Source of the DNA: an uncultured Bacteroidales bacterium
GTDB taxonomy: Bacteria > Bacteroidota > Bacteroidia > Bacteroidales > UBA932
NCBI GenBank assembly: GCA_944326365.1
Contig: CALVDR010000007.1
Location: 10,037-74,036, forward strand
Length of the DNA: 64,000 nucleotides
Direction: 5' to 3'
The notes under the pieces were generated by a model, which saw nothing but the letters and a program-made list of their open reading frames with translations, was not told the DNA's origin and ran no database searches. The position numbers were made by a program, and so were the translations under genes. Positions 1 through 9,156 of the stretch are shown here, piece by piece (positions within the stretch are counted from its first letter, which is position 1; each line of letters opens with the position of its first letter).

Positions 1-728
1 CACTGGACTGTCAGTGCGAAACACAGTATGTTTCCCGGCCGTGCCTTCCTCCCTGTCAGCAGAGCCGTTTCCCTCAGCAGGATAAACAGGAAGGCCCGTA
101 TGATGGATGGGGACGAACCTGTCATGATCGAATAGAACAGGGTGGAGACCAGAATCACGGTATATCTCGTCACGTCTGCCTTTCTGGACTGTCCGATCAC
201 GGCCAGAGCCTTGCTCAGAATCAGATAGATGATGGCCAGATGCATCCCGGAAAGTGCGAGGATATGCGAGGCCCCGCTGTCCCTGAACGCAGCTTTCACG
301 TCGGACGGCACATCCGACTGGTCACCTGTGACCAATGCCTTTATGAGCGCATTGCTTCCGTAGTCATCCAGCGGGAGTGCGTCTATCCCGGATTTCAGCC
401 ATGCGGCGGCAGGTGCCGTAGCCCGTTCTATCATATCCTGTATGCCGCTGTTTCCAGCGGCAATGTCGCTGATTTCATGATTCGACCAGCAGAATATGCC
501 GCAGAAGAAGGCAGCGGCCGCTGCCAATATGACTTTGGCACGCTGTCCGACGCGTCCCTCTGCCAGCAGTGCGGGCACAGCCAGGCCGATGCCTGCTGTC
601 ATGGAGACCGAGGCTATGCGATATGAGTCCGGTGAATGGAAAATATCATGTCCGCACAGGAAAACTCCGGTAACGGTACCGGCGCAGAATGGCAACGCAT
701 ACAGCACAGATTCTCTCCCCTCTACCAT
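1..728 (-). CDS. comEC: ComEC/Rec2-family competence membrane protein, N-terminal part (gene runs off the left edge)
   Basis: Absent from the ORF track because it is open at the window edge. Manual minus-strand translation from the ATG at 728-726 is stop-free to position 1: MVEGRESVLYALPFCAGTVTGVFLCGH...AAFRDSGASHILALSGMHLAIIYLILS...TGSSPSIIRAFLFILL. It has hydrophobic helices plus H-I-L-A-L-S-G-M-H and S-x-I-R-A blocks, as in the ComEC competence domain. Confidence 0.65.
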   Translation of the reverse strand, partial: MVEGRESVLYALPFCAGTVTGVFLCGHDIFHSPDSYRIASVSMTAGIGLAVPALLAEGRVGQRAKVILAAAAAFFCGIFCWSNHEISDIAAGNSGIQDMIERATAPAAAWLKSGIDALPLDDYGSNALIKALVTGDQSDVPSDVKAAFRDSGASHILALSGMHLAIIYLILSKALAVIGQSRKADVTRYTVILVSTLFYSIMTGSSPSIIRAFLFILLRETALLTGRKARPGNILCFALTVQ

Positions 729-853
729 TTTCTGAGAATTTGGTTTACAATTCCGTTTTCTTCTTTTGAATTTTTGCGAAAGTACTCATTATTTTTATAA
801 CTTTGTGTTGATTTTCGAAAAAACGCTACGGATTACAATTTATTTTTTATTAT

Positions 854-2068
854 ATGATTATCCTTGTATTGAATTGCGGAAGTTCGTCCCTCAAATATCA
901 GCTTCTCGATATGAAGGGTGACGAGGTATTCGACCTGATGGCCAAAGGCCTTGTCGAAAGAATCGGAATGGATGCCGGATGCATCAAGCATCAGACAGCC
1001 GGGAAAGAGAAATATGTGAAGGAAATGCCTATTCCTGACCATACGGTGGGTATCAAGGTCGTGCTTGACGCGCTCCTGGATTCCGAACATGGTGTCCTTT
1101 CCACACTTGAAGATATCGAGGCTGTAGGTCACCGTGTAGTGCACGGCGGCGAGGAGTTCTTCTGCAGCAAGCTCATCGATGAAAGCGTCATTGCTGAAAT
1201 CGAGAAATGTTCTGACCTGGCTCCGCTTCACAATCCTGCAAACCTTCTGGGAATCAAGGCTGTATCTGAGGTGCTCCCTACTGTCCCGCAGGTGGCCGTG
1301 TTCGATACCGCTTTCCATCAGACCATGCCGTCATATGCCTATATGTACGCGCTTCCTTATGAATATTACGAGAAATACCGTATCCGCAGGTACGGATTCC
1401 ATGGCACAAGCCACAAGTACGTGTCTGCGAAGGGTGCGAAATTTACCGGACTGGATCTCGAGAATTCGAAGATCATCACCTGCCATCTCGGAAACGGAAG
1501 TTCCATCACGGCCATAGCGAACGGCAAGTCCATCGATACTTCCATGGGTTTCACTCCGCTGGAGGGTATCATCATGGGTACAAGATGCGGATGCATCGAT
1601 CCTGAAATCGTCACTTTCCTTCAGGAAAAGGAAAATCTTTCCGCAGAGGAAGTGAACAAGGTGCTGAACAAGAAGAGCGGTTTTCTCGGTCTCTCCTGCA
1701 TATCTTCGGATGCCAGAGACCTGAACGATGCCGCCAACGCAGGTGACAGGAAGGCCAAGCTTACCCTGAAGAAGCTGGTGTACGACATCACAAAGTATAT
1801 CGGTGCCTATGCAGCAGTGATGAACGGTGTGGACCTGATAGTGTTTACCGGCGGTATCGGCGAGAACAACAGCCGTCTGCGCCGCAGGGTATGCGAGAAC
1901 CTTTCATATCTCGGATTGAAATTCGACTATGAGGCCAATGTGGCTACAGGGAAGGACACTCTGATATCCCTTCCTGATTCAAAGGTGAAGGTAGCTGTCA
2001 TCACCACTAACGAAGAGCTGGTGATCGCCCAGGATACCATGCATATCGTGAATGAGAATAACCAATAA
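854..2068 (+). CDS. ackA: acetate kinase
   Basis: 404 aa. The N-terminus MIILVLNCGSSSLKYQL and the blocks HRVVHGG, FDTAFHQTMP, RRYGFHGTSH are the classic acetate/propionate kinase signature. Confidence 0.93.
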   Translation: MIILVLNCGSSSLKYQLLDMKGDEVFDLMAKGLVERIGMDAGCIKHQTAGKEKYVKEMPIPDHTVGIKVVLDALLDSEHGVLSTLEDIEAVGHRVVHGGEEFFCSKLIDESVIAEIEKCSDLAPLHNPANLLGIKAVSEVLPTVPQVAVFDTAFHQTMPSYAYMYALPYEYYEKYRIRRYGFHGTSHKYVSAKGAKFTGLDLENSKIITCHLGNGSSITAIANGKSIDTSMGFTPLEGIIMGTRCGCIDPEIVTFLQEKENLSAEEVNKVLNKKSGFLGLSCISSDARDLNDAANAGDRKAKLTLKKLVYDITKYIGAYAAVMNGVDLIVFTGGIGENNSRLRRRVCENLSYLGLKFDYEANVATGKDTLISLPDSKVKVAVITTNEELVIAQDTMHIVNENNQ

Positions 2069-2081
2069 AACCACAGATAAG

Positions 2082-2990
2082 ATGTTTACGAAATTTGAAG
2101 ATATCTTTGCCGAACTTGCAGGCAGAGGTGCCAAGAAAAGAATGATTGCAGCCTGGGGCGTGGACGGTCATACCATAGCTGCCGCCAGCAAGGCCATCGA
2201 TCTCGGAATGATAGAAGCCACTCTCGTAGGAGACGAGGCCCTCATCAGGGAGCAGTGCGAGAAGGACGGCATCGACATATCGAAATTCACTATAGTGCAC
2301 AATCCGTCCGAACTTCCTGCAGTGGCGGAAGCCGTGACGATGGTGCGTGAAGGCCAGGGTGATATCCTGATGAAAGGTCTCTGCAGCACTGACAAGTTCA
2401 TGCGTGCTATCCTGAACAAGGAAACAGGACTTCTCCCTCCTAAGGCCGTTCTCAGCCATGTGTCCGTGATAGAGAATCCGAACTACCACAAACTCATTTT
2501 CCTGGGCGACATGGCCGTGATTCCTCTTCCTGACCTCAGCCAGAAGAAAGCCATACTTACTTATCTGGTCAATACGGCGCATTCCATGGGTATCGCTTGC
2601 CCGAAGGTGGCCATCATCGCCGCTACCGAGCAGATGCTTGAGAAGATGCCGGCCTGTGTCGAGGCTGCCGTCCTCGCGAAGAAAGTCGACAGGGGCGAGA
2701 TCAAGGGCTGCGTAGCTGACGGTCCTCTGGCACTTGACGTGGCCATAGATCAGGAATCCGTGGAGATAAAGCATCTGTCAAGCCCTGTGGCCGGTGATGC
2801 GGACTGCCTCCTCTTCCCTAATATCGAATCTGCGAATGTATTCTACAAGACCAATTCAAAACTGGCTGCAGGAGTGCATCAGGCAGGTATGGTCGTAGGT
2901 GCGAAAGTACCGTGCGTGCTTTCCAGCCGTGCCGATAGTATCGATACCAAACTGAATTCTATCGCCATCGCCGCGATGGCCGCAAAATAA
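2082..2990 (+). CDS. ptb: phosphate butyryltransferase / phosphate acyltransferase (Pta-Ptb family)
   Basis: About 300 aa Pta/Ptb-like protein (DILMKG, PNIESANVFYK, VLSSRADS). I chose the start at the internal ATG 2082 (MFTKFEDIF) because it lies 13 nt after the ackA stop. The ORF-track start at 2052 overlaps ackA. Confidence 0.8.
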   Translation: MFTKFEDIFAELAGRGAKKRMIAAWGVDGHTIAAASKAIDLGMIEATLVGDEALIREQCEKDGIDISKFTIVHNPSELPAVAEAVTMVREGQGDILMKGLCSTDKFMRAILNKETGLLPPKAVLSHVSVIENPNYHKLIFLGDMAVIPLPDLSQKKAILTYLVNTAHSMGIACPKVAIIAATEQMLEKMPACVEAAVLAKKVDRGEIKGCVADGPLALDVAIDQESVEIKHLSSPVAGDADCLLFPNIESANVFYKTNSKLAAGVHQAGMVVGAKVPCVLSSRADSIDTKLNSIAIAAMAAK

Positions 2991-2997
2991 TCCCGGA

Positions 2998-4110
2998 ATG
3001 TCTGGCAGGATTTTGGCGCTGAACACCGGTTCTACCACGACGAAGATAGGATATTATGATTCCGGCAGGAAGGTGTTCGAAGAGAACATCTTCCACAGCT
3101 GGGAGAAACTGTCCGGATACAACTCTGTAATGGACCAGGGCCATATGAGACTCGTCACCATTACAGAGTTTCTTTTGTCGAAGGGAATCCGGCTTGTCGA
3201 CATTGACCTGGTCATGGCCAGGTCCGGTCTTGTGACCCCTATGGAGACGGGGGTGTATGAAATTACGGAGATTCTGGAGGACGCTCTCAGACATTGCACG
3301 AACGGCGTGCATGCCTGCAACCTGTGCGGACTTCTGGCATGCGATATCGCTGTTCTGGTGAACGATGCCAGGGAAAAAGCCGGAATTCCGGAAGTCTGCA
3401 AGGCCTATATGGCTGATCCTCCCATGGCTGACGAGATGTTGCCCGAGGCGAAGATCGGCGGTATCCCGGAATTCCCGCGCAGGGCGCTCTGCCACGCATT
3501 GAATTCAAGGGCAGTGGTCAGACATTATGCGAAGGGGCTTGGAAAGGACCCGAAGGATGTCACGGCCATTGTGGCCCATATCGGTGGGGGCACGTCTGTC
3601 ACCCTTCACAAGGGCGGCCGAATCATCGATACGAATGATGCCTTGGGCGGTGACGGCCCTCTCAGTACTGAAAGAGCCGGGACAGTACCTGCCTTTCCTC
3701 TGATAGAAATGTGTTTCAGCGGGAAATACACGAAAGATGAAGTGAAGAGGAAACTGGTGGGAAACGGCGGTGCTGTGGCGTATTTCGGTACGAATGACTT
3801 CAAGTCCGTAGTAGCGATGGCTGACGAAGGCGACGAATCCGTGAAGGTTTTTCTCGAAGGGTTCTGCCTGAGCATAGCGAAATACATTGCCGGTCTGGCC
3901 ACTGATGTCTGCGGTCAGGTCGATGTGATCATACTTACCGGAGGCATTGCCTGGAATCAGGCACTTATGGAGAAGATACGGGCGAGGGTTTCCTTCATCG
4001 CTCCGGTGGAAGTATATCCTGGTGGAAACGAGATGGATTCCCTCGCGGAAAACGGCTACGGTATCCTTTCAGGCGAGATGGAGGTCAAATATTACCATCC
4101 GTGCAGGTGA
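2998..4110 (+). CDS. buk: butyrate kinase
   Basis: 370 aa. ILALNTGSTTTKIGYYD N-terminus, HIGGGTSV and ILTGGIA blocks of the ASKHA-fold butyrate kinase family. It sits directly downstream of ptb. Confidence 0.9.
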   Translation: MSGRILALNTGSTTTKIGYYDSGRKVFEENIFHSWEKLSGYNSVMDQGHMRLVTITEFLLSKGIRLVDIDLVMARSGLVTPMETGVYEITEILEDALRHCTNGVHACNLCGLLACDIAVLVNDAREKAGIPEVCKAYMADPPMADEMLPEAKIGGIPEFPRRALCHALNSRAVVRHYAKGLGKDPKDVTAIVAHIGGGTSVTLHKGGRIIDTNDALGGDGPLSTERAGTVPAFPLIEMCFSGKYTKDEVKRKLVGNGGAVAYFGTNDFKSVVAMADEGDESVKVFLEGFCLSIAKYIAGLATDVCGQVDVIILTGGIAWNQALMEKIRARVSFIAPVEVYPGGNEMDSLAENGYGILSGEMEVKYYHPCR

Positions 4111-5401
4111 AAAGGTCACGGACAGGCAGGGATGAACCATAGAGTTCCCTGCATTTTCTGAACAGGGCCTCGGTGTATTTCGTGAAACCGGGGCCTTTCC
4201 ATGTGCTGGTGTTGGTGATCATTATCCAGCATTCGCCGTCCGGAAAATATTTTACCAGGGCGCTGGTTCCTCCGAGTGTCCCTGTCCTGGTCCATTCCCC
4301 GTCAGGTTTCGTGTCGTTCCATCCCAGAGAATAGGTCTCCGGATCGAAGTATTCCGTCATTTCGGCTACGCTTTCAGCGGAAATGATGTCCGGGACAGCC
4401 GGTTTTCCGTCGATGGACGCCACGAATCGACTGAGCTCTGCAGGCGAGCCGCACCATGCTCCCGCACCGGAAAGCCCGTGTATGTCATTGGCCCCGTAGC
4501 AGCGTTCCACCATGCGTCCGCTCAGATTGTATTCTTCCCTCGGTTCGGATCCGGCATGCATGTAATACCGGACTTCGTTGGGGTATTTTTCTTCGTAGTA
4601 GTTGGCTGCGAGATGCATGTCATAGCACCCTGCAGGATGCAGCACGTTTTCCTGTATGAAGGTTTCGTAGTCGGTGCCGCTGATTTTCTCGATGATCATA
4701 GACAGGAGGAGGTAGCCGAAGTTCGAGTATCTCTGCCATGTGCCCGGTTTGTAGCCGAGCGGACGGGAGAGCACGCACTTGACCAGCGTCTCGTGATCCG
4801 GAGCTCCGTCCAGCCTGAATTGTCTGATGATGTCCTGGGTGGAGAACATGGGGTCGCCGCGGCTGTTCGTGAATCCGGCCTTGTGGCGCAGCAGCTGTTC
4901 TACCGTGATGCCGAATTTGGCCTTTTCCCTGATGGCTGCCGTGAAGATCGAGTCATTCAGTATGCCATGTTCGCCGAATACGGTGTCCTGCAGGGATATT
5001 TGTCCTCTTTCCTTCAGTACCATGATGCCGGCGGCAGTGATGAGTTTGGATACTGAAGCCATGCGGAGAATGTGTCCGGATGTCATCTTTTCGCCCTTCG
5101 CTTCGTCTGCATAGCCGTATCCTTTCGCATACAGAAGCGAGTCATTCCTCATTATGGCCAGGGACGCTCCTTTGATTTCCCAGAGTTTCAGGAATTTCTC
5201 TATCCGTGAGTCCATCTTTTCCAGAGAGGGACAGGCTGACATGCTGTCGGACAACGCTTCATTCAGGCACAGTACGGCGGCATTGCCGGCTTCTGACTGT
5301 ACCGGTTCGGATTTCGATGAGGACGAAAGCGGGAGTATGACTGCCAGCAGCAGTGCCACGGCTATGGCAGGAGTGAGGATAAGAAGCCTTTTCCTGCTCA
5401 T
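4085..5401 (-). CDS. serine hydrolase (beta-lactamase / PBP4-like class C family), secreted
   Basis: S-x-x-K motif (MASVSKLITAAG). Start set at ATG 5401-5399 (MSRKRLLILTPAIAVALLLAV, signal/anchor), which forms an ATGA overlap with the stop of the upstream gene. The 3' end overlaps the buk 3' end by 26 nt. Confidence 0.8.
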   Translation of the reverse strand: MSRKRLLILTPAIAVALLLAVILPLSSSSKSEPVQSEAGNAAVLCLNEALSDSMSACPSLEKMDSRIEKFLKLWEIKGASLAIMRNDSLLYAKGYGYADEAKGEKMTSGHILRMASVSKLITAAGIMVLKERGQISLQDTVFGEHGILNDSIFTAAIREKAKFGITVEQLLRHKAGFTNSRGDPMFSTQDIIRQFRLDGAPDHETLVKCVLSRPLGYKPGTWQRYSNFGYLLLSMIIEKISGTDYETFIQENVLHPAGCYDMHLAANYYEEKYPNEVRYYMHAGSEPREEYNLSGRMVERCYGANDIHGLSGAGAWCGSPAELSRFVASIDGKPAVPDIISAESVAEMTEYFDPETYSLGWNDTKPDGEWTRTGTLGGTSALVKYFPDGECWIMITNTSTWKGPGFTKYTEALFRKCRELYGSSLPVRDLFTCTDGNI

Positions 5402-6024
5402 TTCACCTCCCCGTGCAATATCCCGGCTCTCACGGCGAAATCTATGATATAGTCGGCAGTGCCTTCGATCCCGAGGATGGAGGAATCCACGCACAGGTCA
5501 TAGTTCGAAGCCACACCCCAGTTTCCGAAAGTGTAGTAGTTGTAGTAGGTTTCCCTTTTCCTGTCCGTCTTCTCTATCAGATCCACGGCCTTTTCCCTGT
5601 TGAGTCCCATCCTTTCCATGATCATCCCGATCCTGTTTTCCAGAGGAGCGGTAATGAACACGTCTACCGTGCAGCCCATGTCACGCAGGATGTAGTCGGC
5701 GCATCTGCCTACGATGACGGCGGATTCCTTTTCGGCTATGTCCCTGATGACGGAACTCTGTATCTGGAACAGGTTTTCTCCGTTCAGGTAATTTTTCGGG
5801 GAGCCGAATGTCTGGGTCGCGAAGAATGACGACACCGGGAAGAGATTCCGCTTCTCGTCTTTCTTTTTGAATACGTCGGGACTGAACCCGCTGGATTCGG
5901 CGGCTTTGGTGATGAGCTCATTGTCATAGACGTGTATGCCCAGTTTCCTGCCGAGTTCCAGGGCGACCTGTTTGCCTCCGCTGCCGAACTGGCGTCCGAG
6001 ATTGATTATTATCTTGCCTTCCAT
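5398..6024 (-). CDS. cytidylate-kinase-like family protein (P-loop NTPase)
   Basis: 208 aa. N-terminal INLGRQFGSGGKQVA glycine-rich loop typical of the cytidylate kinase-like family common in Bacteroidales. Confidence 0.7.
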   Translation of the reverse strand: MEGKIIINLGRQFGSGGKQVALELGRKLGIHVYDNELITKAAESSGFSPDVFKKKDEKRNLFPVSSFFATQTFGSPKNYLNGENLFQIQSSVIRDIAEKESAVIVGRCADYILRDMGCTVDVFITAPLENRIGMIMERMGLNREKAVDLIEKTDRKRETYYNYYTFGNWGVASNYDLCVDSSILGIEGTADYIIDFAVRAGILHGEVK

Positions 6025-6127
6025 TTCTTTATCATTATTGTCCCGTCAGGGACATCCGATTCATATTATTCCATTGGCCTCCGGCCAATAATTTTTTCCG
6101 TTTCCGGCAATATCCGGCAAATGCCGG

Positions 6128-7516
6128 TCAGAGCTTGCTCCCGAGAATGGACGGATCGTCGCCGTCGTTCAGCTTCCTCAGTTTCCGGAGCAGTCCCATC
6201 AGCATGATGAAGGTAACCATCGACGCCAGAAAGTCGGAAATAGGGAATGACAGCCAGATTCCTTTGGCATCCAGGAACATAGGCATGACATAGAGCAGCG
6301 GCAGGAGGAAAAGCAGCTGTCTGGACATGGACAGTATGATGGATTTGTTTATCATTCCGAGGCACTGGAACAGGTTCGATGTCACCATCTGGAACCCTAC
6401 CAGAGGAAGCATCAGGTTGATGAGCACGAGTCCTTTCGCCGCGAGTTCTATCAGTTCGGCGTCGGATGTGAAGACTGATACGGCGGCATGCGGGAACGCG
6501 ATGGATACCACGAATCCGGCCATGGCGACCAGTGTGGCGTATTTTACTGTCTTCTTGTACACTTCCTTCACCCTTGAGTATTTTCTGGCTCCGTAGTTGT
6601 AGCCTGCAATAGGCTGCATGCCCTGGTTCAGCCCCATGTTTATCATGATGAAAAGGAAGGATATCCTGTTCACTATGCCGTATGCTCCGATAGCCAGGTC
6701 ACCGCTGTAGCTTTTCAGCTGCTGGTTTATGAACAGTGTCACCAGGCAGGCGGCGGAGTTCATCAGGAACGGGGCAAGTCCGATGGACAGGGAGTCCTTC
6801 GCTATCCTTCTGTCCAGCCTGAGATTCCTTTTCTGGAAATGCAGAAGACGGCCCTGGTTGCTGAAGTATCTGAGTATCACCACGAGGGCCACGAACTGGG
6901 CAATCACCGTAGCCAGGGCTGCTCCTCTGATACCCATTTCGAACACGAAGATGAAAAGCGGGGCGAATATCACGTTCAGTATCACTGTCATGATGGTCAG
7001 GTTCATGGCCATTCTCGGATTCCCGGATGCCCTGAGCTGGTTGTTCAGTCCGAGATACAGATGCGTGATGACGTTTCCGAGCAGGATGACCTGCATGTAC
7101 TCCCTGGCGTAGACTATGGTCTTCTCGCTGGCTCCGAAGAAATAGAGGATAGGGTCCAGGAATGTCAGTGCCACGCTCATGAAGACCAGCCCGATGATGA
7201 TGTTCAGGGTGACGACGTTGCCCAGGACCTTGTTCGCCACATCATAGTTCTTCTGTCCCAGAAGTACGGACAGTATGGTGCTGGCCCCGACTCCCACCAG
7301 GGTGCCGAAAGCTGCCGACAGGTTCATGAGCGGAAAGGTGACAGCAAGTCCGGCAATGGCCAGCGGACCTACTCCGTGGCCGATGAAGATGCTGTCTATC
7401 ATGTTGTAGAGAGAAGATGCCGTCATGGCTATGATAGCCGGCCCGGCATATTTCATGAGGAGCTTGCCGATCTTTTCGGTACCGAGCTCCAATGGAACTG
7501 ACTGGTTCGCTGTCAT
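6128..7516 (-). CDS. MATE family efflux transporter
   Basis: 462 aa polytopic membrane protein with a MATE-typical N-terminus (LLMKYAGPAIIAMTASSLYNMIDSIFIGHGVG) and duplicated 6-TM halves. Confidence 0.9.
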   Translation of the reverse strand: MTANQSVPLELGTEKIGKLLMKYAGPAIIAMTASSLYNMIDSIFIGHGVGPLAIAGLAVTFPLMNLSAAFGTLVGVGASTILSVLLGQKNYDVANKVLGNVVTLNIIIGLVFMSVALTFLDPILYFFGASEKTIVYAREYMQVILLGNVITHLYLGLNNQLRASGNPRMAMNLTIMTVILNVIFAPLFIFVFEMGIRGAALATVIAQFVALVVILRYFSNQGRLLHFQKRNLRLDRRIAKDSLSIGLAPFLMNSAACLVTLFINQQLKSYSGDLAIGAYGIVNRISFLFIMINMGLNQGMQPIAGYNYGARKYSRVKEVYKKTVKYATLVAMAGFVVSIAFPHAAVSVFTSDAELIELAAKGLVLINLMLPLVGFQMVTSNLFQCLGMINKSIILSMSRQLLFLLPLLYVMPMFLDAKGIWLSFPISDFLASMVTFIMLMGLLRKLRKLNDGDDPSILGSKL

Positions 7517-8574
7517 TCCGCATCCTCCTCTCCTTCGGTTTCCTCATCCTCCGTTTCTTCTTCGTCCGGATCCGGATCAGGCACGAGTTCTATCTTGAAC
7601 ACAAGCGGTGCATAGGCAGGGATGAGCGAACCGCTTCCTGATGTGCCGTATCCGTATGTGGAGTGGAAGATTCCTATACCTTTCTCCATCGGCTTCATTT
7701 CCCACAATGTCTTTCCGAATCCGGAGGTGATGCTGTTTCCGTCGAGCTTGATCTGGGTGGAGTCAGAGGACATTTTCACGGCCATAGGCTCGTATGTTTT
7801 GCTTTCAGAGAAAATGTGATGGTCCTTCGCCGTCCTTTCGTCAGTGGTGTCGAATACCTGTCCGTCCATGCGCATTCCAGTGTAGTTTATGTACACCGTA
7901 GTGTCCTTGTGCATGTCTTCCGTTTTGCCCTCTCCTGCGGTTTCGGTGATATAGTAGAATCCGTCCGGATCAGCTTCCGGCAAGGTCAGGGAATGTTCCG
8001 CGCAGTATTTTTCGATCTGTCCGGTCTGCCAGTCGTATATGTCTTCGGTGATTCCGTCTACCCTCACCTTGTATATGAGGGCGCTCTGGTCCGTCACTTC
8101 TTTCATATATTCTTCCTCGGTGTCATACCTTTTGTATGTCTGGAGCCATCCGGGGATCAGGGCCTCCCTTTCTCCTCCCACTTTCATTCCTGTCAGCAGG
8201 TCTTCCAGTCCCTTGTTTATCGTGCCTTCGCTGAATGACCATACGCTCGGACCGTAATAATATGTCCTGTCATAGTCTCCTGTCTGTTTAGCGCTTTCGG
8301 CATCGGAAGAGGAAGTGATGTTGCCGTCCGTATCCCTGACGGTATATGTCACGAGTACATAACACGGCATGGTGACATCTTCTCCTGTACCGACGGTTTC
8401 TTCATTGAGGATGTATATTCCCATCCCTTTTTTCTCCGCGTCAGGATGATGGGTGTGGATCCATGCCTCCAGGAACATTTTTTCGTCTTCGTTTGCCAAT
8501 GTCTCTTCCTCTACGGCACAGCTGCTGAAAAAGGCGCAGCAGAGACCGGCTAAAGCCAATAATCTTAACTTCAT
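7513..8574 (-). CDS. FKBP-type peptidyl-prolyl isomerase-like lipoprotein with acidic C-terminal tail
   Basis: Lipoprotein signal MKLRLLALAGLCCAFFSSC. FKBP-like blocks VYINYTGMRMDGQVFDTT and PLVFKIELV. C-terminus is DPDPDEEETEDEETEGEEDAE. The stop overlaps the MATE start. Confidence 0.6.
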   Translation of the reverse strand: MKLRLLALAGLCCAFFSSCAVEEETLANEDEKMFLEAWIHTHHPDAEKKGMGIYILNEETVGTGEDVTMPCYVLVTYTVRDTDGNITSSSDAESAKQTGDYDRTYYYGPSVWSFSEGTINKGLEDLLTGMKVGGEREALIPGWLQTYKRYDTEEEYMKEVTDQSALIYKVRVDGITEDIYDWQTGQIEKYCAEHSLTLPEADPDGFYYITETAGEGKTEDMHKDTTVYINYTGMRMDGQVFDTTDERTAKDHHIFSESKTYEPMAVKMSSDSTQIKLDGNSITSGFGKTLWEMKPMEKGIGIFHSTYGYGTSGSGSLIPAYAPLVFKIELVPDPDPDEEETEDEETEGEEDAE

Positions 8575-8598
8575 ATTTTTTCCTCTGGTTTTTCCGTT

Positions 8599-9156
8599 CT
8601 ATTCGTTTGTCAGGCTCTCGACCCAGATCTGGAAGATCAGCGCCGAGTTCGCAGGTATGTTTCCTATGATTTCATCTCCGAATCCGTATTTCCCGGAGAA
8701 TACGATGTAGCAGACTTCCCCGCCGCGGACTCCGGAAAGCCCGTTTCTGAGCCCTTCCAGCAGTTCGGTATCGTCATCAAGTGTCAGCGTCAGGATGTTG
8801 TAGTCAGGAGAAGAGAGATTCCACCCGCTCTCTGTGGCGGTCTCTTCCCGGTTTGTCGCGAAAAGATTTCCTGCCGATGGGGCGCTTCCGGAAAATATGT
8901 ATCCGGCATAATAGAATGATACGGTCCCTCCTGTTTCCAGGACTTCCCCGTTTCCTTCCGTGAGCACTATCCTGTTCGAACCCCCGTTTCTTACGATTCT
9001 CGGTGCAGGGTCCTCTCTCATCAGCCCTTCTATGAAACTGTCTATCCTGTCTTCCTGTGACGAATAGGTGGTCTCAAGGCTTTCTTTCTTGCATGAGACC
9101 AGGCAGCATGCTGCAGCTGCCGCACAGATGATATATCTTGCAAATCCTTTCATCAT
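8599..9156 (-). CDS. FKBP-like lipoprotein (short)
   Basis: Start set at ATG 9156 (MMKGFARYIICAAAAACCLVSC, lipobox), which forms an ATGA overlap with the nrnA stop. FKBP-like VSFYYAGYIFSG...ALIFQIWVESL. The upstream 50 codons in the ORF track are Arg/Ser/Gly-rich and overlap nrnA. Confidence 0.55.
   Translation of the reverse strand: MMKGFARYIICAAAAACCLVSCKKESLETTYSSQEDRIDSFIEGLMREDPAPRIVRNGGSNRIVLTEGNGEVLETGGTVSFYYAGYIFSGSAPSAGNLFATNREETATESGWNLSSPDYNILTLTLDDDTELLEGLRNGLSGVRGGEVCYIVFSGKYGFGDEIIGNIPANSALIFQIWVESLTNE

Noticed and set aside
240-735. Plus-strand ORFs 240-626 and 496-735 at the left edge
   Set aside because: They are Cys/Arg/His/Ala-rich and mutually overlapping. The minus strand is open across the whole region and encodes a ComEC-like membrane protein.
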